The notes below the pieces were generated by a model. That model saw only the letters and a program-made list of their open reading frames with translations. It made no database searches and was not told where the DNA came from. This document shows positions 1-9,594 of a stretch of 64,000 nt of DNA, one piece after another (within the stretch, counting starts at the first letter, position 1; each line of letters opens with the position of its first letter). Location of the stretch: contig JBBDYJ010000010.1 in NCBI GenBank assembly GCA_040901675.1, positions 372,072-436,071 of the forward strand. The letters run 5' to 3'. This DNA is from Pirellulales bacterium (GTDB lineage: Bacteria > Planctomycetota > Planctomycetia > Pirellulales > JAICIG01). Made by a program: the position numbers and the translations under genes.

Positions 1-116
1 CCCAGGAGCGGCCCTGTGGCTCGTTCCGGTAAAGGCCGTTGCTGGCCCGGTATTCGCTTCCGCTCGACCGGCACTGGGCTCGAGCCTCATACGTGCGGGG
101 CGGACAAGATAGCATC

Positions 117-509
117 ATGATTGGTTCACTTCGGATCGGCATCGCGGATGACGACCTCGGCAGCCGCAATACTCTACGAGACATGCTGTTGTCGCTGGGA
201 CACTCGGTGGTGAGCCTGGCCGAGGATGGCGAGCAGCTCGTTGCACAATGCCGGGCGCAGCATCCGGACCTGGTCGTGATCGACCTAGAAATGCCGGTCC
301 TGGACGGCCTGGCCGCCGCGGAGGAGATTTGTGCGGCTGAACATCTTCCGATCATTCTGGTGTCGGGCCATCCAGACTTCGACCACGTGGTCCGGCGGCA
401 CGAGCCATTCGCTGCCTTCTTGGCAAAACCGGTCACGCTCCAGCGGCTGCGGCAGGCAGTTCAGGACGCGATGGCACGCTCCTCGCAGCCCAGGGAGCCC
501 GACAGCTAG
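117..509 (+). CDS. Single-domain response regulator (receiver domain)
   Basis: IADDD, DLVVIDLEMPVLDG, SG and KP receiver motifs; start placed at ATG 117 inside ORF 39..509. Confidence 0.85.
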   Translation: MIGSLRIGIADDDLGSRNTLRDMLLSLGHSVVSLAEDGEQLVAQCRAQHPDLVVIDLEMPVLDGLAAAEEICAAEHLPIILVSGHPDFDHVVRRHEPFAAFLAKPVTLQRLRQAVQDAMARSSQPREPDS

Positions 510-570
510 AGTCCAGGCGCGACTGTCCGCGCCCGCACTTGGACTTATGGTTTCGCGCCGGAGGGAGAAG

Positions 571-665
571 CTATCCAGGTGCCGATTCCTGGAAACTCAG
601 TTGACCGATCGCACCCAGGATCTGATCGAGTGTGACCGGTTTGATCAGATGCCGCGCAAAGCCGA
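571..665 (-). pseudogene. C-terminal relic of a receiver domain
   Basis: Minus strand reads GFARHLIKPVTLDQILGAIGQL...stop, typical receiver C-terminus; no N-terminal part upstream. Confidence 0.5.
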
Positions 666-922
666 CGGTCCGTGGTCCGTCGCCGCACAGTGTATCAGCC
701 GCCAAGCTCTTCCATCAACACAATGCCCCCCTGGATGTTCTGCCGCGTCCCCACCAGGGGGGCGGCAATCCTTTATGCAGCCATGGTTTAGGTTTTCTGG
801 CGCAAAATCGCAGTGCGGTCTAGGCAAATCGGCCGGCTGCGGCGAAACTCAATCTTTGACATTCCTGGACGAATGCAGACCCCAGTGGCCTATAGCTTTG
901 AGTAGTTATTGGAGGCATTGCG

Positions 923-2776
923 ATGAAACTCCGTGGCGCGTTGATGCGTGTTGTAGCCGTTGTGGCGGCGCTGGCACCGGTGGCGGCACGGGCCCAGGCG
1001 CCTGCCGCGGCGGCCACGGCCAAACAGACGATTGCCGTCTTCCATCTGAAAGGACCGGTAAGCGAGTCGCCCGGCGACGGCGGCTTTCCCTTTTCGACCG
1101 AGCAGTCCGTATCGTTGAAAGACCTGGTCGCCCGGATCGCCAAGGCCCGTGACGACGAAGCCGTCAAGGCGCTGGTCCTCCTGCTCGAAGGCAGCGAGGT
1201 GTCGATCGCCCAGGCCGAAGAGCTCCGCCAGACGATGGCCAAGTTCCGCGAGTCGGGCAAGGAACTCTTCGCCCATGCCGATGCGCTGTCGATGGGCAAC
1301 TATGCCCTGGTCGCCGGTGCCAGCCAGGTCAACGTCGTGCCGACGGCCGACATCTGGCTGACCGGCATTTATGCCGAGTCGCCCTATCTCAAGGGCCTCC
1401 TGACAAAAATCGGCGTCGAGCCCGACTTTCTCACCTGCGGCGAATTCAAAACCGCCGCCGAAATCTTCATGCGCGACGGGCCCAGCCCCCAAGCCGACGA
1501 GATGCAGAACCGGCTCTTGGACGGCCTCTACGAAACCCATGTCAAGCTCATCGCCGATGGCCGCGGCGTCCAGCCCGACCAGGTGCGGCGCTGGATCGAC
1601 GGCGGGCCCTACACGGCCGCCAAGGCCGGCGAGCTTGGAATTGTCGATTCGCTCCACCACGTGCGAGAGTTCGAAGCGAGCCTGAAAGAGCGATTCGGCT
1701 CGGAAGTCAAATTCGACCACGACTACGGCAAAAAGGCGCCGCCGCGGATCGACCTGTCCAGCCCCTTCGGCGCCCTGAACTTCTGGAGCGAACTGCTGGC
1801 GGGCAAGAAGCAAAAGGTCTACAAAAACTCGGTGGCCATCGTCTACGTCCAGGGCCCGATCGTGCTCGGCAGCACCCAGGCCAGCCCGTTTGCCAGCGCG
1901 GCGGCCTCCAGCAGCGATGTCCGCGCAGCGCTCGACAAGGCGGCCGACGACGACTCGATCAAGGCCGTCGTGTTGCGGGTGAATTCGCCCGGCGGATCGG
2001 CCGTGGCCAGCGAAATCATCCTCGACGCCACCCGGCGGGTGAAGGCGGCCAAGCCCCTGGTGGTCTCGATGGGCGACGTGGCCGCCAGCGGCGGTTACTA
2101 CGTGGCTTGCGGCGCCGACACGGTCTTCGCCGATGAGTCGACCATTACCGGCTCGATCGGCGTCGTCGGCGGCAAGCTGGCGACCAGTGGATTGTGGAAC
2201 AAGCTCGGCGTTAACTGGAAAGGCTACGGCCGCGGCGCGAATGCCTCGCTCTTGAGCACCGCCCAGCCCTTCACTCCCGCCCAGCGCGAGCACATGCAGG
2301 CCTGGATGGACGAAATCTATGGCGTCTTCAAGGGACACGTCACCGCCATCCGGGGCGACCGCCTGAAGAAGGATATCGACAGCCTCGCCGGCGGCCGCGT
2401 CTACACGGGACGGCAGGCCCTCGATCTCGGCTTGGTCGACAAGCTGGGAACCCTGGACGACGCCATCCAGTTTGCGGCCGCCGAAGCCAAGGTTACCGAC
2501 TACGACGTGCGGATCGTGCCCGAACCCAAGAACTTCCTGGAGCGGTTGCTCGAGGACGCAGCCGGGCAAAAGAAAGACGACTCGCACCTCGCGATTGCAC
2601 AAGCGCTGACCGGCAGCGGCCGGCGGCCCGGACTGCTCGAGGCCGCCTTGCCCTACTTCGACAAGCTCGATCCAAAGCGGCTTGCCGCGGTCCGCTTGGC
2701 CCTCGGACGGCTGGAGTTGCTGCACGAGGAAGGCGCGTTGTTGATGATGCCCGAGATCCTGGTCCAGGGACGATGA
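923..2776 (+). CDS. sppA: Signal peptide peptidase SppA (67K type, peptidase S49)
   Basis: Signal peptide, two S49 domains, LRVNSPGGSAVAS, SMGDVAASGGYY, TGSIGV; GGAGG RBS upstream. Confidence 0.93.
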   Translation: MKLRGALMRVVAVVAALAPVAARAQAPAAAATAKQTIAVFHLKGPVSESPGDGGFPFSTEQSVSLKDLVARIAKARDDEAVKALVLLLEGSEVSIAQAEELRQTMAKFRESGKELFAHADALSMGNYALVAGASQVNVVPTADIWLTGIYAESPYLKGLLTKIGVEPDFLTCGEFKTAAEIFMRDGPSPQADEMQNRLLDGLYETHVKLIADGRGVQPDQVRRWIDGGPYTAAKAGELGIVDSLHHVREFEASLKERFGSEVKFDHDYGKKAPPRIDLSSPFGALNFWSELLAGKKQKVYKNSVAIVYVQGPIVLGSTQASPFASAAASSSDVRAALDKAADDDSIKAVVLRVNSPGGSAVASEIILDATRRVKAAKPLVVSMGDVAASGGYYVACGADTVFADESTITGSIGVVGGKLATSGLWNKLGVNWKGYGRGANASLLSTAQPFTPAQREHMQAWMDEIYGVFKGHVTAIRGDRLKKDIDSLAGGRVYTGRQALDLGLVDKLGTLDDAIQFAAAEAKVTDYDVRIVPEPKNFLERLLEDAAGQKKDDSHLAIAQALTGSGRRPGLLEAALPYFDKLDPKRLAAVRLALGRLELLHEEGALLMMPEILVQGR

Positions 2777-3927
2777 GCTGGCTGAACGCCGCGGCCCTGG
2801 CCGCTTTAGCCGCCGGCCACGCCGAGCTGATGGTGGCGCTGATCAACCGGCTGCACGCCTTGCCGCTCTCGCACGGCCTGCTGCGCCGCAGCCGTCAGCT
2901 TCACGAGTTGGTGATCCTGGCGTTTCCGCTCGTGCTGGTCTGGTTCGTGGGTCTGACGGGTCCCCGCTTGCTGACCGGCGGCCGCTGGTCCGACTTGCCC
3001 GCCCCCTGGGCCGGCTACCTTGGCCTGTGCGCTTTGGGCGCCGTTGGGCTGGTGGTTTCGGCCGTGGCCCAGGCGCGGCAGCGCCCGCCGGCCGCACAGG
3101 TGTCGAACCATTCACACACCATCGATATCGACAAGCGGCTCGGCTATCGCCCCATCGGCGCCGGCAGGCATCGGCTGATGATCGGCATGCCCGGCAACGA
3201 GGCCTTTCGCGTCGAGGTCTCCGACAAGACGTACCGCCTACCGAAACTTCCGGCCGCCTGGGACGGCCTTTCGATCGTACACCTGACCGATCTGCACTAC
3301 ACGGGCAGACCCGACCGCCGCTTCTTTGAAGAAGTTTGCGAATTGTCGGCGGAGCTTGCGCCCGACATGTTCGTATTCACGGGCGACCTGCTCGACAGCC
3401 AAGAGCTGATGGACTGGTTCCCCTCCACTCTGGGCCGGCTCAATGCTCCGTTGGGCTGCCATTTTGTGCTGGGCAACCACGACTGGTACCTTGACGCCGA
3501 CGCGATCCGCCGCGGCCTGATCGATCTCGGCTGGCACGACGTGGCCGGGCGATGGCTTTCGATCGAGCACCGCGGGCATCCATTGGTCATCACCGGCACA
3601 GAGCAGCCCTGGATGGGCCGCCACCCGGACCTGGCCGGCGCGCCGGCCGAAGCCTTTCGGCTGCTGTTGAGCCACACGGCCGACAACCTGCCCTGGGCTC
3701 GCGGCCAGTCGATCGACCTGATGCTCTCCGGGCACAACCACGGCGGCCAGGTGATGCTGCCCCTGGTTGGCGCCGTTTACTCCCCCAGCGTCCACGGCTG
3801 CCGCTACGCGTCTGGAGCTTTTTGGCAACCGCCCACGCTCTTGTACGTATCCCGCGGCCTTTCCGGCCGTCTCCCCTTCCGCTTCCGCTGCCCCCCCGAG
3901 CTGACGCGGCTTGTGCTCCGTCCGTAG
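2773..3927 (+). CDS. Membrane-anchored metallophosphoesterase (calcineurin-like)
   Basis: DLH, GD, GNHD, LSH, SGHNHGGQ motifs; N-terminal TM helices; ATGA overlap with sppA. Confidence 0.9.
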   Translation: MSWLNAAALAALAAGHAELMVALINRLHALPLSHGLLRRSRQLHELVILAFPLVLVWFVGLTGPRLLTGGRWSDLPAPWAGYLGLCALGAVGLVVSAVAQARQRPPAAQVSNHSHTIDIDKRLGYRPIGAGRHRLMIGMPGNEAFRVEVSDKTYRLPKLPAAWDGLSIVHLTDLHYTGRPDRRFFEEVCELSAELAPDMFVFTGDLLDSQELMDWFPSTLGRLNAPLGCHFVLGNHDWYLDADAIRRGLIDLGWHDVAGRWLSIEHRGHPLVITGTEQPWMGRHPDLAGAPAEAFRLLLSHTADNLPWARGQSIDLMLSGHNHGGQVMLPLVGAVYSPSVHGCRYASGAFWQPPTLLYVSRGLSGRLPFRFRCPPELTRLVLRP

Positions 3928-4013
3928 AACGGAACTTCATTCCGTTTTCTTCTTCCGAATTCGTATCCTCTTTGATTTGACACGCCACGGAAACGGAATG
4001 AATTCCGTTCTAC
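3924..4013. repeat. Inverted doublet of REP-like family A (GTAG-AACGGAATTCATTCCGTT)
   Basis: Copies at 3924-3946 (+) and 3992-4013 (-); further copies at 19632-19653, ~50665-50687 and 50720-50741. Confidence 0.85.
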
Positions 4014-4894
4014 GTTTCCTCCTTCCTCCGCCCGTACCGGGCCACGAGGCCGGCCAGGATCAATCCGCCGCCGAGCAGCGTCCACCAGGCGGGCTGCTCG
4101 CCGTGGGCCAGAAAGACCCACAAGGGCGACATCACCGGTTCGGTCAAGCCGATCAACGCCCCCTCCTGGCTCGATACTGCACGCAGCCCTCGGGCAAAAA
4201 GCAAGTACGGCAAACCCATCTGCACCAGTCCGAAGGCAGCCAGCACCAAAAACTGCATTCCGGTGATCTGGTGTGCAAAACCCAGCGGGATCAGCACGGC
4301 CGCGGCCACCAGGTGGTTCAACGCCACAAGCCAGGCGGAATTGTGCTTGCTGAGTGCCCGCAAGAACATCACTACTCCCGCGTAGAACACCCCTGAAGCC
4401 AGGCCGTACAGCACGCCTGCCTGCTGGGTTCCGAAGGCGGCCGGATCGAGCTCGAAATAAAGGATCGTCGCTATGCCGGCCAGCCCGCAGGCCAGCGGGA
4501 CCGCGTCGCGGCGATCGAGCGAGCTGCGCCAGAATAGCAGGCCGCACACGAACACCCACAACGGCGCGGTGCTCTGCAGCCAAATGGCGTTGGCCGCCGT
4601 GGTCATCGTCATCGACTTCAGGAAGCAGACGTTCATCGCGGTGAACGCGATGGTCATCGGCACCAGCCGCGGCTCCCAGCGCGGCCGCCGCACGGCGGGC
4701 AGGATGAGCAAGCCCGCAAACGCCGCCCGCCAGAATGCCAACATCGTGCCCCGCGCCTCGAGCGGCCACGAGTCGAAGATCGGCGACTTGGCAAACAGCC
4801 CGTTCGTGCTCCACAAGAGCGTCGCCGCCAGGATCAACAGCCGGCCCGCTCCCGGCCGCAGCAGCACTGGTTCGGACGTGTCCGATGTTTTCAT
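4010..4894 (-). CDS. EamA/DMT-family transporter
   Basis: About 10 hydrophobic helices, duplicated EamA pattern, C-terminal GEQP...GGGLILAG. Confidence 0.9.
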   Translation of the reverse strand: MKTSDTSEPVLLRPGAGRLLILAATLLWSTNGLFAKSPIFDSWPLEARGTMLAFWRAAFAGLLILPAVRRPRWEPRLVPMTIAFTAMNVCFLKSMTMTTAANAIWLQSTAPLWVFVCGLLFWRSSLDRRDAVPLACGLAGIATILYFELDPAAFGTQQAGVLYGLASGVFYAGVVMFLRALSKHNSAWLVALNHLVAAAVLIPLGFAHQITGMQFLVLAAFGLVQMGLPYLLFARGLRAVSSQEGALIGLTEPVMSPLWVFLAHGEQPAWWTLLGGGLILAGLVARYGRRKEET

Positions 4895-4985
4895 GCCCCC
4901 ATCTTACGCTGCCGCCCTCTCCCGTGGCAGAACTCGCTATCCTGTTAGCTTCATCCTTCTGCCTTAACTATCCGATCTTGGGATT

Positions 4986-6608
4986 ATGACTTCTCGTAAC
5001 CGTTTCGACTGCGTGATCATTGGCGGCGGGCACAATGGACTGGTCGCCGCCGCCTACCTGGCCAAGGCCGGCAAAACGGTTTGCGTGCTCGAGCGGCGGC
5101 ACGTGCTCGGCGGCGCCGCCACCACCGAGGAGCTCTGGCCAGGATACAAGGTGTCGACGGCGGCCTACGTCGTCAGCCTGCTCTTGCCCGAGATCATTCG
5201 CGAGCTGCGGCTGGCGTACTATGGGCTGGTTATCCTGCCGCGGTCCCCCTCGTCGTTCACGCCGCTGGAAGATGGCCGCAGTCTGCTGATGGGAACAGAG
5301 CCCGGACTCAACGTGAGCCAGATCGCCCAGTTCAACCAGCGCGACGCCGCCGCCTATCCCCGCTACGAGGGCCTTCTGGAGCGCGTGGCGGAAACGCTGG
5401 AGCCGCTGCTCTCGCAATCGGCCCCCGATCCGCTGCCGCTGCCGGCGTCCTGGCGGCGGATCGGACTGGCCAAACGCGGCCGCGACGCGGCTGCCCTGTG
5501 GCGGATGTACCGGGCCATGGGCCAGTTGGGTGACGAGCTGCCCGAGGCCCTGGAGCTGCTCGCCGGCTCGGCCCGGACCATCCTGGACCGCTGGTTCGAG
5601 TCCGACGTGCTCAAGGCCACGCTGGCCACCGACGCCATCATCGGCGCGTTCGCCTCGATCTCGTCGCCCGGCAGCGCCTACGTGCTGTTGCACCACGTGA
5701 TGGGACAGGCGACCGGCGTCCGCGGCGTGTGGGGCTATGTGCAAGGCGGCATGGGCGCCTTGAGCGAATCGATCGCCCGCTCGGCCGTGGACCTGGGCGT
5801 CGAGATCCGCCGCGAGGCCGAGGTGGTCCGCATCTTGACGTCCAAGGGCAGGGCCGCCGGGGTAGCGTTGGCCGACGGCAGCCAGATCGAGTCGTGGGCG
5901 GTGGCTTCCAGCGTCGACCCGCACTGGACCTTCGAGCGGCTGCTGGAGCCGGACGCCTTGCCTGAACAGTTCCGTGCCGCCGTGGCACGCATCGACTACT
6001 CCAGCGCTTCGGCCAAGATCAACCTGGCGCTGGCCGAGCCGCCCCGGTTCACTTGCCTGCCCGGCGAAGGGATCGGGCCGCACCATCGCGGAACGATCCA
6101 CGTCGGCCCCAGCCTGGATTATCTGGAACGGGCCTTCGACGACGCCAAGTATGGCCGTCCCAGTCAGCGCCCGATCCTCGAAATCACGTTGCCGACCAGC
6201 GTCGACACGAGCATTGCCCCGCCCGGGCGCCACCTGATGTCGATGTTCGTGCAGTACGCTCCCTACCGGCTGGCCGACGGCGACTGGGACCAGGTCAAGG
6301 AGGCCTTCGCCGATCGTTGCATTGATGAGCTGGCCCGCTACGCGCCCAACGTGCCGGCCGCCGTGCTGCACCGCCAGGTGCTCAGCCCGCTCGACCTGGA
6401 ACGCACCTTCCGCTTGACGGGCGGGAACATCTTTCAAGGCGCGATGAGCCTGGGCCAGCTCTTCTCGCTGCGGCCCGTGGCCGGCTGGGCCGACCATCGA
6501 ACTCCGCTGCCCGGCCTTTATCTATGCGGCGCCGCCAGCCATCCCGGCGGCGGCGTGATGGGCGCCTGCGGCCGCAACGCCGCCCGCGAGATCCTCCGCG
6601 ACTTCTGA
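4986..6608 (+). CDS. Phytoene dehydrogenase-like FAD-dependent oxidoreductase
   Basis: IIGGGHNGLVAAAYLA, GGAA..EE, C-terminal LYLCGAASHPGGGVMG. Confidence 0.9.
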   Translation: MTSRNRFDCVIIGGGHNGLVAAAYLAKAGKTVCVLERRHVLGGAATTEELWPGYKVSTAAYVVSLLLPEIIRELRLAYYGLVILPRSPSSFTPLEDGRSLLMGTEPGLNVSQIAQFNQRDAAAYPRYEGLLERVAETLEPLLSQSAPDPLPLPASWRRIGLAKRGRDAAALWRMYRAMGQLGDELPEALELLAGSARTILDRWFESDVLKATLATDAIIGAFASISSPGSAYVLLHHVMGQATGVRGVWGYVQGGMGALSESIARSAVDLGVEIRREAEVVRILTSKGRAAGVALADGSQIESWAVASSVDPHWTFERLLEPDALPEQFRAAVARIDYSSASAKINLALAEPPRFTCLPGEGIGPHHRGTIHVGPSLDYLERAFDDAKYGRPSQRPILEITLPTSVDTSIAPPGRHLMSMFVQYAPYRLADGDWDQVKEAFADRCIDELARYAPNVPAAVLHRQVLSPLDLERTFRLTGGNIFQGAMSLGQLFSLRPVAGWADHRTPLPGLYLCGAASHPGGGVMGACGRNAAREILRDF

Positions 6609-6653
6609 AGGCAGAAGGAGGAAGGAGGAAGGAGGAAGGAGGAATAGGGAGCG
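6607..6653 (+). repeat. Heptamer array (GAAGGAG)n, left arm of an inverted repeat
   Basis: GAAGGCA (GAAGGAG)4 GAATAGG directly at the stop codon; reverse complement of 7092-7143. Confidence 0.9.
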
Positions 6654-6677
6654 ATTCGCAGCCCGCCTCGGCCTTCA

Positions 6678-7081
6678 CTATTTCCTCGGCTTCTTTCGCT
6701 TGGCGTTCCTTCCGCAAGTGACCAGGATAGCAGTGAGTTCTTCGGCTTCCAGGCAAATGTCAGTCAATCGCGAGGCGCGGATAGTTCCGCTGTCGCCCAG
6801 CAACTCCAGCCAGTAGGCGGTCTCCTCCAGTTCCGCCACGCCTCCCTGGACCTTGCTAACGAATTCGGCCGTCGATCTCGCACGCGTGGCTTCCCGATAG
6901 TGTGCTCCAACGGAAGTGCCGCTTCGCAGCAGTTGCTTGCCCAATACCTGGGCTACTGCTGCCTTCGGGAGGGCCCCGAACAACCGGATAATGCGCAGTG
7001 CAAATGCCTTTGTTCGCGTCTTCAGGTCCCCAGCTCGCCGATCAGTCTGCGTTTTCTTTCTCCTTGTTGTTTAGTCTTCAC
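6678..7081 (-). CDS. Four-helix-bundle protein (23S rRNA intervening-sequence protein / Avd-like); 5' end possibly frameshifted
   Basis: DLKTRTKAFALRII...QLLRSGTSVGAHYREA.RARS.AEFVSK...ELEETAYWLELL. The conserved frame has no ATG/GTG; GTG 7081 joins it via a -1 shift near G4 at 7028-7031. Confidence 0.8.
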
Positions 7082-7091
7082 CGATTCTCAG

Positions 7092-7143
7092 CGCTCTCCT
7101 CTCTTATTCCTCCCTCCTTCCTCCTTCCTCCTTCCTCCTTTTC
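7092..7143 (+). repeat. Heptamer array (CTCCTTC)n, right arm of an inverted repeat
   Basis: TATTCCTCC followed by (CTCCTTC)n, abutting the stop of the convergent gene at 7146. Confidence 0.9.
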
Positions 7144-7145
7144 TA

Positions 7146-7727
7146 CTACCTTGCCACCAACACGATCATCGTCACGATCCCCAGCACGACGACCGCCGCG
7201 GCCACGATCGACCACTTCAATACGGCCTTGTTGAACCGCTCTTCGCGGAGCCGCCGCGCTAAAGCTTGCTCCTCGCGGTATTCAACGCTGTCCTCGCGGC
7301 GCAGACGGAATTGCGTCTGGCAGAACGGGCAAAGAACCTCCTGGCCGATCATGTCCGCCGGCGTTTCCAAGACGTGACCTTGCGGACACGGTACGTGAAA
7401 GAGGGCGGGTTCCTGCTGTTCCTCCGTCGCCACTTCAGCTTGCACATCCGCCGGTTCGGCTTCCTGGCCGGCGGGGGCCGCGGCTTCCGAACCGGGTGGC
7501 GGCAGGTCGACGTTGATCTCCGGAGGCGCTTCGGCCGCCGGCTCGGCAGCGCCCGCCTCAGGCCAGGGGCCCGGTGCCGCTGGGCTCCACCCGGCTGGCG
7601 TGGCACCGCTCTGGATCACCGGGATGATGAACAGGATTCCGCAGAGCGGGCACTGGCTCTGCTGGCCCATCTGCGACTCGTGCCCTTCCAGCAGGTGCCC
7701 TTGAGGGCAATAGAATTGAAACGGCAT
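7146..7727 (-). CDS. Hypothetical protein with two zinc-ribbon motifs and a C-terminal TM anchor
   Basis: Two CPQGH...CPxC motifs, Pro/Ala linker, hydrophobic C-terminus. Confidence 0.8.
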   Translation of the reverse strand: MPFQFYCPQGHLLEGHESQMGQQSQCPLCGILFIIPVIQSGATPAGWSPAAPGPWPEAGAAEPAAEAPPEINVDLPPPGSEAAAPAGQEAEPADVQAEVATEEQQEPALFHVPCPQGHVLETPADMIGQEVLCPFCQTQFRLRREDSVEYREEQALARRLREERFNKAVLKWSIVAAAVVVLGIVTMIVLVAR

Positions 7728-7736
7728 CCGTCCAGC

Positions 7737-8342
7737 TTAGCCGGGCGGGCTAGCCAGACAAGCGCGCCGGTAGCAGTAGTCGAACAGCAATTGCCACTCG
7801 CGCAACTGCACTCGCCGCACCAGCGCGTCGCGCGGTGATTCCCCGCTTGCCGCCGCCTGGCAAAGATCGACAAACCGCGCATGGTCCCAGGCCGGCTGGT
7901 CGATCAGAAACCGCGCGGTCGCGTCCAGTGCATGCTCACCGGCCAGGCGGCGCGCGTCCTCCGTCAGCCGATCGCCGATCGGATGGCCGCCGACTCGGCG
8001 GAACCAATACTTGGCATTGCCGTAGTCCGGCTCGCGCCGGTGCATGATCCCATGCCAATAGCTCCCCTCGATCGAGTTGAGCTCCTGGCTGACCCGGTGC
8101 GACTCGTCCAGAAAGTCGTGGTACAGCCACAGCCCCGCCAGGCAGGCCGCCGCCCATTCATCATCCACGCGGCCGTCACGAGCCAGCCGTGATGGGTCCT
8201 GCGCCAGTTCCACCAGGTGGCGCCGGGCGGCCAAGTTCGGCTGGCCGGGCCCCAGCTCGTTCAGCCGCTCCGGTTCGAGCAGCTCGGTGACAGCCGGTGC
8301 GTAGTTCGTGGGGTCGAACGAATCTTGCGCGGTCGCGGGCAT
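7737..8342 (-). CDS. Conserved hypothetical protein
   Basis: AAGGAGGAG RBS; GLWL.HD.LDESH..SQ...GSYWHGIMHRREPDY.NAKYWF globular core. Confidence 0.8.
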   Translation of the reverse strand: MPATAQDSFDPTNYAPAVTELLEPERLNELGPGQPNLAARRHLVELAQDPSRLARDGRVDDEWAAACLAGLWLYHDFLDESHRVSQELNSIEGSYWHGIMHRREPDYGNAKYWFRRVGGHPIGDRLTEDARRLAGEHALDATARFLIDQPAWDHARFVDLCQAAASGESPRDALVRRVQLREWQLLFDYCYRRACLASPPG

Positions 8343-8535
8343 GGCCATCTCCTCCTTCAACTTGCACCGGCACTTTCACGGTCGCCACCCATTATCAACG
8401 CCCCGCCCTGTCTGGTTCAACGGCCGGTTGCGGCGCCGCCGCACTGTTTTTTCCTTGCCACCATGTTCCAGCCGGAATACTCTTGCTCCTGACACCAGCC
8501 CTCGAGCTGGAGGCCTGCTTTCAGGGGAGGTGCCC

Positions 8536-9417
8536 GTGCCGGGCTTTTCCATTCGGTGCCCCAAGTGCGAGAAACGGCTGGCGGTCAATCCTGAGATGCT
8601 GGGACACATGTCGGCCTGCCCCAGTTGCGGCGCCCGGTTCCGATTGCCCGCCAATGCCGCGGACAAGGGGTCGGCCGACGCCGCGCCCCCGGTTGCCGAG
8701 ACGGCGCCCGACAGTGCGACTGCCGCGCCGCCTTTGCCTCCTCCGATTCCATCCGACCACGCGACGCCGCCTGCCAGCGACCCCGCGCCCGGGCCATTCC
8801 TGCCTGGCCAGACCACTGCCTGCCCGCATTGCAGCCAGCCGATCGCTATCGATCCACAAACAGCCGGTGCGGCCGTCGCCTGCCCTCACTGTGGCGGTGA
8901 GTTTCAAATGCCAGGACCTGGTCCGCTGGTCCGGACACAAACCGCTCAGGACCCGTTCGCGCGCCGCCGGCGCCGCGTCGCGCTGGTTGACGTTGCCGCA
9001 TCCGTCATCGACTGGAGGTTCCAGCATTACGTTACCCCGTGGATCATTCGAGCCGTGTGGGTGGCCGCTCTCGTAGTGGCCTGCGTGTATTGCCTGGTAG
9101 CCGGAGGGCTGGCCGTCTACGTGGGCATCACGGCGGGCGGCGAACCAGAGCCTTCGCAATTCGGCCGCGAGAACCCGTTTGGCATCCCAGAGCTTGAAAG
9201 CGACGAGCCGCCCGCCACATCGCCGCTGATCCGCTTCGCGCAAAGAGTCTTCGGTACGGTCTTCGCCTTCCTGCTGAGCGTCAGCATGACATTCTTGGGC
9301 CTGGTGGTGTTACGCGTATACCTTGAAATCATCGCCGTGCTCTTCAACATCGCCGCGACCCTGGCTGCCATGCGATCGCGGCTGGATCAAGCCGACAGCC
9401 AGCAGCGAGCCGGCTGA
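8536..9417 (+). CDS. Zinc-ribbon membrane protein with DUF4282-like C-terminus
   Basis: GGAGG then GTG; two CPxC..CPxC pairs; F..YVTPWIIR and LRVYLE...VLFNI motifs. Confidence 0.7.
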   Translation: MPGFSIRCPKCEKRLAVNPEMLGHMSACPSCGARFRLPANAADKGSADAAPPVAETAPDSATAAPPLPPPIPSDHATPPASDPAPGPFLPGQTTACPHCSQPIAIDPQTAGAAVACPHCGGEFQMPGPGPLVRTQTAQDPFARRRRRVALVDVAASVIDWRFQHYVTPWIIRAVWVAALVVACVYCLVAGGLAVYVGITAGGEPEPSQFGRENPFGIPELESDEPPATSPLIRFAQRVFGTVFAFLLSVSMTFLGLVVLRVYLEIIAVLFNIAATLAAMRSRLDQADSQQRAG

Positions 9418-9594
9418 CCCCGCCGGTGGCTCTTGGCCGGGCAGGCCCCCCATCTACCATCGTTTCAGAGCGGCTGTTAGACTGGGACCTTCAGTCATGC
9501 ATTCGATGAGCAGGACGTCCCGGCGCGGCGGGATCGCCCGTCCAAACGGCCTGGGAAGGCCGCCCTCCATAATCCAAGCAAGGTAACAACTCAG

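Noticed and set aside
890..2725. Long antisense and alternate-frame ORFs (e.g. 890-2725, 4968-6497, 16668-18563, 26129-27931, 46022-47995, 50645-52459)
   Set aside because: Shadows of real genes caused by high GC3; no motifs and biased Arg/Ala/Gly/Pro composition.
6678..7081. Avd-like gene as evidence of a diversity-generating retroelement or rRNA intron
   Set aside because: No RT, no TR/VR pair and no rRNA sequence nearby.
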